Positions 40,376-50,302 of a DNA stretch of 64,000 nucleotides are shown here, in pieces. The position numbers were made by a program, and so were the translations under genes. Source of the DNA: a virus; IMG/VR virus record IMGVR_UViG_3300045303_000221, positions 1-64,000 of that record, one strand, 5' to 3'. The notes below the pieces were generated by a model. The model made no database searches. It worked only from the letters and a program-made list of their open reading frames with translations, and was not told the DNA's origin. Each line of letters opens with the position of its first letter. Positions within the stretch are counted from its first letter, which is position 1.

Positions 40376-40636
40376 ATGATGGGCAGGGTCACTTCCGTGC
40401 TGGCCGTGCTGGCCTGTGCGCTCGCGGTTGCGAGCGTCCCGGCTGAGGGCGCGGCGAAGCACTACAAGAACTGCGGGGCCGTGCACAAGCGCTATCCGCA
40501 CGGCATCGCGAAGTCGCGGGCGGCGGCGAACCGGCAGGTGTGGGTGACGGGCCGCCCGAAGATCAGCGCGTCGCTCTACAAGGCCAACAAGCGGCTCGAC
40601 CGCGATCACGACGGGATCGCCTGCGAGGCACCGTAG
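40376..40636 (+). CDS. Secreted excalibur calcium-binding domain protein
   Basis: Signal peptide; YKNC...LDRDHDGIACE. Confidence 0.85.
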   Translation: MMGRVTSVLAVLACALAVASVPAEGAAKHYKNCGAVHKRYPHGIAKSRAAANRQVWVTGRPKISASLYKANKRLDRDHDGIACEAP

Positions 40637-40748
40637 CTCGACCCACCGACCCCGCCGGTACGCGCGGCGGGGTCGTGGCTTGTGAGAGGCACAAGCCGCT
40701 CATCCCCCCGAAGCCCGCCTGACCGGCGGGAGAGAGGAGCAAGCGCAG

Positions 40749-41318
40749 ATGCGCAAGCTCATCATGTTCGCGAGCGCCCTGGCGGCTCTCGTGGTTCCCT
40801 CGATCGCGTCGGCCGACGTGCCGCGCTATCAGACGCAGACGGCGAAGTTCACGATGATCCAGCCCGCGAACGAGTACCACCAGTTCGCCAACGTCTGGAC
40901 GCACGACTTCACCGTCACGACCAACCCGTGCAACGACACGTTCTCGGGCACCGGCGTGCAGACCGGCCACGACGGCAACGGCGACTACACCGCCACGTGG
41001 GACATCACCGGCAAGTTCGGCGCTGGCAACACGGTCACCTTCACGGCGACCCGCGCCGACACGCTCGTGCTCGGCCTGACCAACGCGCCGATGGACAACG
41101 TGCTCGGCGGCACGAACGGCACCGTCACGATCGCCTCGACCGAGTTCGCCGGGCTTCCGCTCGTCACGCCCGACGTGATCGAGGAGAAGCTGTCGGCTCC
41201 GGTGTTCTCCAACCTGAGCAACTACCGCAACCACGGCGCGTACGTCTCGTCCGTCGGCGGCGGCAGCGATGCGGCTCACTCCTGCATCGGGATGCCGATC
41301 GTCTCGGCTCGCTCGTAG
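40749..41318 (+). CDS. Secreted protein
   Basis: MRKLIMFASALAALVVPSIASA signal peptide; NHGAYVS motif. Confidence 0.75.
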   Translation: MRKLIMFASALAALVVPSIASADVPRYQTQTAKFTMIQPANEYHQFANVWTHDFTVTTNPCNDTFSGTGVQTGHDGNGDYTATWDITGKFGAGNTVTFTATRADTLVLGLTNAPMDNVLGGTNGTVTIASTEFAGLPLVTPDVIEEKLSAPVFSNLSNYRNHGAYVSSVGGGSDAAHSCIGMPIVSARS

Positions 41319-41680
41319 CTCGACGCTGCGTGCTGCGCGGGCGACCAGCCTCCCCTGGTCGCCCGCGTGGTGCGGAGCGCCTGCTCCCGTGGAACGCCTC
41401 TCCCGCCGGGTCCCATACCGGCGGGAGAGTTCGTTCGTCCCCAGAACTCGCACGAAACTGGCCGAGCGCGCAGTATCGTGCGAGTTACGGGGGTGCAGAT
41501 GGACTGCCCGAGGTGCGGCACGCCAATGGTGCGCGAGAAGGCTCACGACACCTGCCACTGGTGCGGCTACATCGAGCCGTGCTGCTCGGGCGAGTGCTCG
41601 CCGCCGGACTACCCCCCAACCGGCGTGCGCGCGGACCGTTCCCAACGATTCCAGGCCGCGCGTCCCTACTACCCGACAGG

Positions 41681-42097
41681 TTAGGCCGCTGCGGCGGCGA
41701 CGCCAAGGCTGGCGACCCCGAGGATGCTCATCAGCGTGCCGCGCGGGATCGAGCGGTTGCCGTGCATCGGCACGACCACCTTCCGGCCGCCGCCGGGCGG
41801 CTCAAAGACGGCGTGCGATCCCTTCTGGCCGATGCGCTTGAACCCGGCCTTCACGAGCATCTTGTAGACCTGCTTGGGAGTCATCGCCGGGAGCCGCGAG
41901 CCGACGAAGCTGCGCGTCTCGATCGGGTGCCCTTGGCCGTCCATCGGGATGAACTCGCCGATGCGGTTGCGGCGGTGCAGAGCCTCGTCCCACCGGACGG
42001 ACGGAGGGCGGGCCTCCATGATCCTCGCGGCGCGCAGGGCGACCGCGAGGGACACGCCGCGCGACTCGTGGAGAGCCACCCGATCCCAGAAGTCCAT
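41681..42097 (-). CDS. HicA-family mRNA interferase fused to an N-terminal HPR-like tag (leaderless)
   Basis: Start reassigned to MDFWD (TACGAT-N6-ATG on the - strand); WDEALHRRNRIGEF followed by MTPKQVYKML..AGF..IGQKGSH...VVVPMH...IPRGTL.SIL. Confidence 0.85.
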   Translation of the reverse strand: MDFWDRVALHESRGVSLAVALRAARIMEARPPSVRWDEALHRRNRIGEFIPMDGQGHPIETRSFVGSRLPAMTPKQVYKMLVKAGFKRIGQKGSHAVFEPPGGGRKVVVPMHGNRSIPRGTLMSILGVASLGVAAAAA

Positions 42098-42140
42098 GCG
42101 TGGATCGTAGTACGACCGCTGCGACCTGTAGCATTCAGGC

Positions 42141-43736
42141 ATGGGATGGGAGGACTCCGAGGCGCGGCGGTGTGCCGTGGAGCGCCTTCTCGCGGAGGCG
42201 GACTTCAACCCGGGCCTGCACCCGCACGACCGGCGCGGCCGGTTCATGCGCACCTGGCACCGCCCGAAGATGCCCGACTACGCGCAGGGCGGGCACCCGT
42301 TCGCGTCGCGCTACAAGCCGCACATCGACGTGCTGCGCGCGCTGGACGACGCGACGATCAAGCAGCTTGCGACGGAGCACAACGCGGCGTACCCCGAGGC
42401 GGCGGCGGAGATCGCGCAGGGCCACGGGATCGTGAAGGTGTCGATCAAGCCGGACAAGTACGGCAAGACGGCGGAGGTCGTGTTCGCGCCGCAGGTTGTG
42501 CTGGCGGACGGCGGCACGGCGTCGGCGGCCGAGCCGATGATCTTCCCGATCGCGCACGGCGGCGTGAACCGTCCGTTCCTGAAGCAGGTGAAGGGCCACT
42601 TCCGAGGGATGCAGGTGCCGGTGCACGTGGAGTCGGTGACCGGCTACTCGCGCGACACCGAGGTGATCCCTCCGACGATCCGCTCGCAGAGCCTGAGCCG
42701 TCAGGTCGCCACCGGGCAGGCCGACTCGCCGCAGCCGGTGATCCCGGGCCTCGACCCGCAGTCGCGCGCGGACGCGGTGCTGAAGCGCCTGGAGCCGCTG
42801 CGGACGATGCGGACGTACGGCGAGGGCTACGACCGGACGGTGGCGACGCACGCGAACGACGCGCAGCGGATGGCGCTGGCCGGGCGGGTGGACGAGGCGG
42901 AGCACTGGGCGACGCACGCCGAGAAGGCGGCGGCGCACGTGCGGGAGCGAGCGGCGGAGCGTGCAGCGCGAGGCACGGAGGCGTGGTCGAGCACGGCCTG
43001 GCAGCGCCAGCCGAGGATACGGGAGGGCGTCATGGAACTGGACCGGGACGAGGCGGTGGCCTACTACGGCCGCGCGATGGAGCGGCTGGCCGAGCACGGC
43101 TGGCGGCCTCAGCAGGCGCACACGATCGCGCTGGAGGCGGGACGCACGCGGTACGGCAGCGAGTTCAGCACGCTCGTCCTGAGCGAGGGCCTGTTCACGC
43201 GGCTCGGGCACGCCGTCGGCGGCGGCGCTACGCACTACGACAAGTCGAAGCACCCGCACGGCCGGGGCGGCAGGTTCGCGGAGACGCCGGACGCGCCGAA
43301 GCCGGTGCGCCACGAGGCCCCGGAGCCGGAGGCGGCGCTGCCGTCCGAGCACGGCCTGGCGAACATGACGCCGAGGGCGAAGTCGCTGGTGAACGCGGTC
43401 GCGCTCCACTACAAGGCGTTCGGCGGCTCCGACTCGGAGATGCGGTTCCGGTTTCAGTCCGGCAACCTGCATCCGCAGGATCTGCGGCGGATGCGGGAGC
43501 AGGCGATGCGCGCTCGCGATGAGCGCAGCAAGTCGGGCGACGCGGCGGGTGAGAAGGCGGCGCGCGACACGCTCAGCGCGATCAGAGTGGTGGAGCGCGA
43601 GCTTGGTCTGAGCGCCCAGACAGCGCAGCAGGAGAAGCCTGTCTCGTCCGAGGAACTGCTACGGCGGGTGCGCAACCGGCCGGTGGAGCGGTCGATCGTT
43701 GACCCGTACGGGCACTACTCGTATCAGACGGGCTAG
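42141..43736 (+). CDS. Multi-module protein with two HPR-like tags (leaderless)
   Basis: TAGCAT-N6-ATG; LLAEA-DFNPGLHPHDRRGRF and LSEG...YDKSKHPHGRGGRF. Confidence 0.75.
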   Translation: MGWEDSEARRCAVERLLAEADFNPGLHPHDRRGRFMRTWHRPKMPDYAQGGHPFASRYKPHIDVLRALDDATIKQLATEHNAAYPEAAAEIAQGHGIVKVSIKPDKYGKTAEVVFAPQVVLADGGTASAAEPMIFPIAHGGVNRPFLKQVKGHFRGMQVPVHVESVTGYSRDTEVIPPTIRSQSLSRQVATGQADSPQPVIPGLDPQSRADAVLKRLEPLRTMRTYGEGYDRTVATHANDAQRMALAGRVDEAEHWATHAEKAAAHVRERAAERAARGTEAWSSTAWQRQPRIREGVMELDRDEAVAYYGRAMERLAEHGWRPQQAHTIALEAGRTRYGSEFSTLVLSEGLFTRLGHAVGGGATHYDKSKHPHGRGGRFAETPDAPKPVRHEAPEPEAALPSEHGLANMTPRAKSLVNAVALHYKAFGGSDSEMRFRFQSGNLHPQDLRRMREQAMRARDERSKSGDAAGEKAARDTLSAIRVVERELGLSAQTAQQEKPVSSEELLRRVRNRPVERSIVDPYGHYSYQTG

Positions 43737-43739
43737 ACG

Positions 43740-43800
43740 CTAAGCACGCATCGTGCGCTATACTCCATGTGCGGGGCGAGTGCGCCGCAGAGAGGAGGAG
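43740..43800 (+). promoter_or_regulatory. Repeated cassette
   Basis: CTAAGCACGCATCGTGCGC-TATACT, TGCGG/CCGCA hairpin, GAGAGGAGGAG. Confidence 0.75.
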
Positions 43801-43806
43801 CGAATC

Positions 43807-44376
43807 GTGTCTATTTTCGAGCAGCCGATCAACGTCGATACCCGAGTCGGGCGGATGCTGGACGCGCTTGCTGTGTCTGACAACCGGCGCGGGATGGTGC
43901 TCGTCACCGTCACCGTGAAGGCTGCGGACGGAGGGCGGCGCTACCACGAGGCGTTCGCGATCAAGCAGTGGGCTGGCCGGGACGGGACCCGCAACCTGAG
44001 CGTGAGCATCCACAACTCGGGCGACTGGGCGTCGGGGATCAAGCCGATCACCGTCATGCACCTGAACCTGCTCACCCGCGAGATGTTCCCGGGGCGGGAC
44101 GAGCGCGGCGCTGCGCCGCTGATCCGGTACGCCGCGAACGCCGCGCTGCGGTTCGCGTGGACGGGGACGCTGCCGACTCCGGCGAACGGTTCGGTGGAGG
44201 CGGTCGAGGCGGCGAAGTGCGGCCGGTGCGGGGCGACCCTGGTCGATCCCGAGTCGATCGCGCGGGGCCTCGGGCCGGAGTGCGCGTCGAAGCCGACAGG
44301 CTCGCGGACGATCCGCTCCCGCGAGCGGCAGATGCAACTGGCCGAGCCGGAGCCGGACCTGGCTCCGACCGGCTGA
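43807..44376 (+). CDS. DUF6011-like zinc-ribbon protein
   Basis: CGRCGATLVDPESIARGLGPEC. Confidence 0.8.
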   Translation: MSIFEQPINVDTRVGRMLDALAVSDNRRGMVLVTVTVKAADGGRRYHEAFAIKQWAGRDGTRNLSVSIHNSGDWASGIKPITVMHLNLLTREMFPGRDERGAAPLIRYAANAALRFAWTGTLPTPANGSVEAVEAAKCGRCGATLVDPESIARGLGPECASKPTGSRTIRSRERQMQLAEPEPDLAPTG

Positions 44377-45016
44377 CTGAGAGAGGGGAGTGCCCTAGTC
44401 AGGGTGCTCCCCTTTCGCTATCGTTCTCTGCCCGGCCGGACGGCTGGGAGTGCCACCGGGCGGACGCCCGGAGGGAGGACGACGATGATCACCCGCATCC
44501 GCGTAGAGGCCGAGGGCGAGTCCCTGGAGGTAGTGGAGCGCGACCTGCGAGCCGTTCACGCTCGGCTCGTGGCGCACCTACCGGAGCCGCACGTCACGCA
44601 CACGCGCGAGCACGTCTACGAGGAGGTCGATCACGCCGACGCGCCGATCAGCGCCCGGTGGTTCAAGGGCCGGTACGTGTTCGCGTTCCCGGTGGATACG
44701 GAGCACTCGGTGGACGCCGCTCGGCTGAACGGCGAGGCAGCGCCGCCGAGGGAGGGCTTCGTGCCCGGCTACCGGGAAGTGATCGCTGAGCCGGGGACGC
44801 CGGTGACGGCAGCCGGACTCATCGCGGAGTCACAGCGCGCGGACGCGATGGCCGACCGGATGGAGCAGGTCGCAGAGCGGATCGCCGAGAAGTCACCGGA
44901 TCAGCGTGTGTCAGACCAGCTTGCCGCGATGGGCGGCGACGACGATGGAGCGCATGACGTGCGCTAGACTGTGCGCAACGGCCCGCGACCGACGGGCCTG
45001 ACGGCAGGAGCAGGAG

Positions 45017-45370
45017 ATGCTTGACACAGTGATGGACGGTCTGCGCTCCGCTGCGGCGGAGAAGCAGAGCGAGATCGAGGCGATGGAGGCTCGACTGGCC
45101 GATGCCCGGAGCGAGCTTCGGCGCGTGCACAGGGCCATCGCCGCGCTCGATCCGACGGTCGGACACGCACGCCGGGAGACGCCGGTGTTCGCGAACGAGG
45201 TGCGTCGGCTGCTCGCGGACGGGCCGATGACGAAGGCTGAGATCAGCCGCAAGATCGGCGGGCACCGGACGCGCGCCACGTACGCGCTGCGGACGCTGAT
45301 CGCGGCCGGGGAGGTCACGGCCACCGGCGAGCAGCGGTCGCGGTCCGACGAGTACGCGCTGACGGGCTAG
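45017..45370 (+). CDS. Coiled-coil plus winged-helix protein
   Basis: GPMTKAEISRKI...L..LIAAGEV. Confidence 0.6.
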   Translation: MLDTVMDGLRSAAAEKQSEIEAMEARLADARSELRRVHRAIAALDPTVGHARRETPVFANEVRRLLADGPMTKAEISRKIGGHRTRATYALRTLIAAGEVTATGEQRSRSDEYALTG

Positions 45371-45373
45371 CCG

Positions 45374-45637
45374 ATGCCCATGTACCGGAAGAAGCCGGTC
45401 GTCATCGAGGCGTTCCAGTTCGACTCGGAGACGACCGGCAACGCGATCGTGAAGTGGTCGGCGGGGATGGTGCGCGGCGTGTTCGATGACGACGAGGGGC
45501 CGTACCTGTCGATCGAGACGCACGAGGGGATCATGCGAGCGACGCTCGGTGACTGGGTGATCAAGGGCATCGCGCACGAGTATTACCCGTGCAAGGACGA
45601 CATCTTTCAGGCGACGTACGACCAGGCTGGCGAGTGA
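45374..45637 (+). CDS. Conserved phage protein
   Basis: YRKKPVVIEAFQF...IETHEG.M....GDWVIKG...EYYPCK.DIF..TY. Confidence 0.8.
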   Translation: MPMYRKKPVVIEAFQFDSETTGNAIVKWSAGMVRGVFDDDEGPYLSIETHEGIMRATLGDWVIKGIAHEYYPCKDDIFQATYDQAGE

Positions 45638-46091
45638 TGACGCCGGAGCAGATCAACGCGCTCACGAACTACTGCCTGTTGTCGGTCGAGACGATCAACC
45701 CGCGGTTCGCGTGGGGGAGTCCGAGCGGCACGCATGTGCTGACCGTGAACGCGGGCTACGAGTGAATGGAGCGCAGCCTGGGCGGGCCAGTTTGGCACGC
45801 GAGCGCAGTGGGTAGGTCGGTTCAGTCGAGCGAGGCGATGGCGCGGCACATGCTGCGCGGCGTCGGCGACTACCGGGCGGGCGAGTGGGTGATGGGCGGC
45901 GAGGGCACCGTGGTGCACGTCCAGCGGCGGCTCAAGCCCGAGGAGGCGGAGACGACGGGCGCGATGCGTGACGTGCGCAGGACGCCGGAGGCGGTGGCCC
46001 GGGTGGACGTGCTGGTCGAGGCGCTGCTCGCGATCGGCCATCCGATGGCTGGGATGATCCGCGACATGAGCCGCGGACTGGGGGAGGTGTG

Positions 46092-46346
46092 ATGCCGCCA
46101 GCGCTCGTGTCGGTGCAGGTGCGGGTGCCGCCGGAGATGCGCGACCGGTGGGCGGCGAAGGCGGCGGGGCTGGGCGTGACGCTGCCGGAGTTCGTGCGCT
46201 CGTGCGTGGAGCAGACGCTGGCCGGGCCGGTGCCCGCGCCGCGCGGCTCCACGACCGGCGGCACGGGTCACGTGACGGTGGAGTGTCGCTGGCAGCAGCG
46301 GCACAAGAAGGGCGTCCGCTGCGGCTACTGCCACCAGACGCCATGA
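46092..46346 (+). CDS. Ribbon-helix-helix protein with zinc tail
   Basis: VQVRVPPEMRDRW...AA..GVTLPEFVR. Confidence 0.65.
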   Translation: MPPALVSVQVRVPPEMRDRWAAKAAGLGVTLPEFVRSCVEQTLAGPVPAPRGSTTGGTGHVTVECRWQQRHKKGVRCGYCHQTP

Positions 46347-46578
46347 CGCGCCCGTCGATGCTGAGGTGTCCGCGCGACGAGGTGCACGAGGCGCACGACT
46401 GGCTGTGTCCGTGGCAGACGCCGACGGAGCGGTGGTGCCCGGGCGTCGCGCGCACGGAGACGTTCTACTACCGGGCGAATCGGCCGCGCGCGATGGACCT
46501 GCGCGATCGACCAAAGAAGATCGACATCCGGTGAGTTTTGGCTGCCCGTAAGGGATTGCCGCGAGGGCTGCCGGAGGG

Positions 46579-46628
46579 CTATCTCATAGCATGTGCTATA
46601 CTTCGGTTGGGCGACAACCAACTGGAGG
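46579..46628 (+). promoter_or_regulatory. Repeated promoter box plus hairpin (no AGAGAGG)
   Basis: CTATCTCATAGCATGTGC-TATACT, GTTGG/CCAAC hairpin, GGAGG. Confidence 0.65.
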
Positions 46629-46635
46629 CACCGCC

Positions 46636-46932
46636 ATGACCGACGAGAACGCGCCGAACACCTACCAGATCAGCAAGCTGGAGTGGTCTGATCTGGGGAG
46701 CGGGTGGAAGCAGGCCGTCGTGCGCGTGGAGCGCGGCGAGACGGCCGACAACCCGACCAGCACGAAGCCGTGGAAGCGGCTGCTCGGGCCGAGCCTCGTG
46801 ACCTACGAGCAGGCCCCCGACGGCGGCATCCGGGTGCTCGTGCAGGACCTGCCGCCGAAGCCGCGGTTCACGGACGAGGAGAAGGAATCGCTGCGTCGGC
46901 AGAACGCCGCGATCGGCGACGCCCTGCTGTAG
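46636..46932 (+). CDS. Hypothetical protein
   Basis: ATG follows the promoter. Confidence 0.65.
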   Translation: MTDENAPNTYQISKLEWSDLGSGWKQAVVRVERGETADNPTSTKPWKRLLGPSLVTYEQAPDGGIRVLVQDLPPKPRFTDEEKESLRRQNAAIGDALL

Positions 46933-46936
46933 CAGG

Positions 46937-47020
46937 CTAGCGCACAACGTGTGATATGCTCCGGGTGCGGAGTGAGTGCAAGCTCCGCACCCGGAGGACG
47001 ACGGGGACCCGTCAGAGAGG
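46937..47020 (+). promoter_or_regulatory. Repeated cassette with a 14-bp perfect inverted repeat
   Basis: CTAGCGCACAACGTGTGA-TATGCT, CTCCGGGTGCGGAG/CTCCGCACCCGGAG, GACGG/CCGTC, AGAGAGG. Confidence 0.75.
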
Positions 47021-47030
47021 ATGGAGCGAG

Positions 47031-47285
47031 ATGGCAGAGATCATCGCCACACGAAGGAAGATCGGCGATCGGCGCGTGATGTACCGGCACGAGGTGTGGG
47101 TCGGCGGCCGGACGAACGAGGACGGCACGTTCACTCCCGCTCGGAAGATCGGCCAGCGCGTGTCCACCGGCCAGTACGGCTTCGCGATCCTGGACAACGT
47201 GCGGATGGTCATCGACCGGTACACGAACTCGCCGCCGACGCGCAGGCCGATGGGCAAGACCATCGTCGGGTTCACGGACATCTGA
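47031..47285 (+). CDS. Hypothetical protein
   Basis: ATG follows the cassette. Confidence 0.65.
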   Translation: MAEIIATRRKIGDRRVMYRHEVWVGGRTNEDGTFTPARKIGQRVSTGQYGFAILDNVRMVIDRYTNSPPTRRPMGKTIVGFTDI

Positions 47286-47905
47286 TGGGCTACGACGAGA
47301 ACGCGCCGACGCGCGCCGAGGCTGAACTGGACGAGGCCGTGTGGGGCTGGGAGGAGAACGAGGACGGCGAGATGGTCTGGACGCCTCGCCCGCGCCCGTT
47401 CACGCCCGGGCCGCCGCCGCTGGTGCCGTGGAGCGTGTGGCGCGCGGGCAAGCGGGACCCGTTCTGATGCGCCGCCGCTATCGCGTCTACTGTCCCGGCC
47501 GCGAGCATTGGCGGACTGCCGCGAACGGCACCCGCTACAGGGCGTGGTGCAGCTTCGACTCGCACCGGAAGGCGGAGTCGCCGGAGGCGGCGGTCGCGAA
47601 GCCGTGTCCGCAGTGCGGCGGGTCGGTGCTGATCCACCCTGGCGACCCGGCCTACGTGTCGGGTTGGAGCAAGCAATGAGCGTAGGCCGCAAGCCGTTCT
47701 CGCCGTGCACGAGGGGCTATCGCCACTGGTTCACGCGGTACAACCAGCCGGGCGAGCGGACGACGTTCTGCCAGCGGTGTGGCGGCGTCAACCCGACGTG
47801 CATCTGGTGCGACGGGAAGGTGCGGGTGCTCGACTCGGGCCACGTCGAATGCAAGCGCTGCGGGAACATCACCGGCCCCGAGGAGAACCCGATGCGGCGG
47901 TCGTC

Positions 47906-48514
47906 GTGATCCGTCGATGCACGTATGCCATCTGTGCATCGTTCGTGCTCGCGCTGTTCCCGACCACCGGCACGGCGCACACGAAGGCGGACGAGGCGCG
48001 CGTGCTGCGGAGCCTGGCGGCGCTGACGACGGCCGCGCCGCTGTCGATGAGCGGCTACTCGCGGGACGAGTTCCCGCACTGGCGCGACCCGGATGGCAAC
48101 GGCTGCAACGCGAGGCAGGACACGCTCCGCCATGACGGCACCCGCGTCGTGGTCGGCGCGGGCTGCCGGATCGTGTCCGGCAGGTGGGTCGATCGCTACT
48201 CGGGGACGGTGTACCGGGTAGCGAGGTCGCTCGACTGCGATCACCTGGTGCCGCTGGCCGATGCCTGGCGGAGCGGTGCTCGTCGGTGGAGCGACGAGCG
48301 GCGCGAGCGGTACGCGAACGACCCGGTGGTGCTGGTGATGACGAGCGCGCACCTGAACCGGCAGAAGGGCGACAGCGACCCGTCTGAGTGGGTGCCGCCG
48401 CGCCGGGCGTACTGGTTCACGTACGCGAAGCGGTGGGTGCGGATCAAGGCCCGCTACCACCTGGCCGTGACGCGGGCGGAGCGCAAGGCGCTGCGCGCGA
48501 TGGTGACCGGATGA
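47906..48514 (+). CDS. Secreted HNH nuclease (DUF1524-like)
   Basis: Signal peptide; GYSRDEFPHW.D..GC..R...DCDHLVPLADAWRSGA...N..KGD.DP.EW.P. Confidence 0.85.
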   Translation: MIRRCTYAICASFVLALFPTTGTAHTKADEARVLRSLAALTTAAPLSMSGYSRDEFPHWRDPDGNGCNARQDTLRHDGTRVVVGAGCRIVSGRWVDRYSGTVYRVARSLDCDHLVPLADAWRSGARRWSDERRERYANDPVVLVMTSAHLNRQKGDSDPSEWVPPRRAYWFTYAKRWVRIKARYHLAVTRAERKALRAMVTG

Positions 48515-48684
48515 CGCACAACGTGAGCACGTCAAGTGAGCGATCCCTGACGCAGACTCAAGGGTGCGGTTTGTCCTAGCGCGCATCGTGTGTTACCATC
48601 CGAGGTACAACACAAGCCGGTCGTGAAGGGGCACCACGCTGACAATGAGTCCGCCGACGCCCTGACCGGAGATCGGAGAAACCC

Positions 48685-49605
48685 GTGAGTCCACGGGAGA
48701 ACGCGAAGCCTGAGCTTCGCCAGATCGCCGTTGGCGATCTCACTGTGCTGGCACATATCCAGCGCACCCCTCGTCCGGCCCGCGTCGCGAAGATCGCGCG
48801 TGAGTGGGACGAGAGCAAGGTCGGCATCCTCAAGGTCGCGAAGATCACGACCGGCCGCAACAAGGGCAAGTACCACGTCGTTGACGGCGGTACTCGCTGG
48901 AAGGCGGCCGAGCTTGCCTTCGGTGACGACTACCTGTTCTGGTGCGTCGTCACGGGCGGGACGGAGTTTGAGGCAGCGGAGGACTTCCTCGCGGCCAACA
49001 ACCTGTCGAAGAAGCCGACCGCGTACGAGAACTACATGGTCGGCCTGCGAGCGGACGTGGACTACTGCAACGCGATGGCGAAGGCGTTCAAGGCCGTCGG
49101 TGTCGATGCGGACGAGTCCAGCACGCGCACGTCAGTCGGCTCCATCGCTGCGTGCCGCCGGATCGTGGACCGCGCCGAGGCCGAGGCCAAGCGGACGCTG
49201 AACGGCGACTACTCGCCCGAGGACAAGCAGGATGCGGCGTGGGAGTACGGCTCCGACCGGCTCCGCGACGTGCTGATCCTCACGCGCGAGATGTACCTCG
49301 ACCGGCCGGACGGCGGCCCTCGGGCGCACGATGCCGACATCATCCAGGCGGTCGCCCGCATCTGGGAGATCAACCCAGGCAAGCTCGGTACGAACGGCTG
49401 CCGCGCCCGGTTCGTGGAGCGGATCGCCGTGGTCCGCGTCGCCGAGTGGCGGCACGACGGGCAGAAGGACACCCGGACGTACGGCGGCTCCGAGTCGCGT
49501 GCGACGGCGATGGCCCGGCTGATGTGCATGGAGCACAACAAGCGCCTCAGCCCCGACTCGCCGTGCTTCCTGAAGGGTCCGGCTGACCCCAAGCCGCGCT
49601 ACTAG
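48685..49605 (+). CDS. ParB/Srx-like (DUF6551-type) protein
   Basis: IQR...RVAKIAREWD..KVG.L.V...YHVVDGGTRWKAA...EAAEDF...N; promoter box at 48576-48599. Confidence 0.7.
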   Translation: MSPRENAKPELRQIAVGDLTVLAHIQRTPRPARVAKIAREWDESKVGILKVAKITTGRNKGKYHVVDGGTRWKAAELAFGDDYLFWCVVTGGTEFEAAEDFLAANNLSKKPTAYENYMVGLRADVDYCNAMAKAFKAVGVDADESSTRTSVGSIAACRRIVDRAEAEAKRTLNGDYSPEDKQDAAWEYGSDRLRDVLILTREMYLDRPDGGPRAHDADIIQAVARIWEINPGKLGTNGCRARFVERIAVVRVAEWRHDGQKDTRTYGGSESRATAMARLMCMEHNKRLSPDSPCFLKGPADPKPRY

Positions 49606-50302
49606 CTCGACCTGATCGACCACGGGGGGGCGGCACCGGCGAGACGGGTGTCGCCCCCCTTCTGCGTGGGGCTGCTGGCGCGGACCCGCGGCTCTGCGTA
49701 TCCTGACCGTCGTGAGGCGGCTGACGCAACGGTGGGAAGCGGCGATGTTCTGGACGATCGTGCTCGCGGTCGCCGCCGTCTACGCACGCATCTTCTGGGG
49801 GGCCTGATGCCGGACACGAGGGTGCGCCAGCGCGTCGGACTGCCGCGCGTGTTCGATCCGTGCGTGACCTGTCCGGGCGGTGCGCCGATCGGCGAGGCCC
49901 CGGGCGGGAGCGGCTGCGAGTGCCGGATCGAGCGGTCGGCGATCCTCGCGTCGATCGATCCGTCGTCTCTCGTGAAGTTCTGTCTGAGCGCGGACGGCTA
50001 CCAGACGTGTCCGACCTGGCAGGCTGAGAAGCAGCGCGTGTGGGCACGCCGCGCACTGCTCCCCGACTGACAGCGGACTATGCTGTGTCGCGTGGCGGAC
50101 ACGCCGATCAAGGTGCGCGAGCCTCGGCTCGGAAGGCGGTCGCCACGGATCGGCGACTTCTACACGAACGGCCGGGAGTTGTACGAGGTGCTGATCGTGG
50201 CGGACGGCCGGGCGGCGATGGAGAACTGCCGGACGGAGTTCACCACCGAGTACGACCTGGAGACGGTGCGCCGGATGCGGCTCGTGCGCGTGGGAGGTAC
50301 TG

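Noticed and set aside
40682-43522. 946-aa + strand ORF and other long Arg/Ala/Gly-rich ORFs (e.g. 4754-6898, 27934-30300, 32024-34384, 61926-63938)
   Set aside because: These are shadow frames typical of high-GC DNA. They overlap well-supported genes in other frames and have no recognisable motifs.
46092-46346. HicB antitoxin for the HicA genes
   Set aside because: It has only an RHH-like domain, lacks the HicB N-terminal partial RNase H fold, and lies about 4 kb from the nearer HicA.
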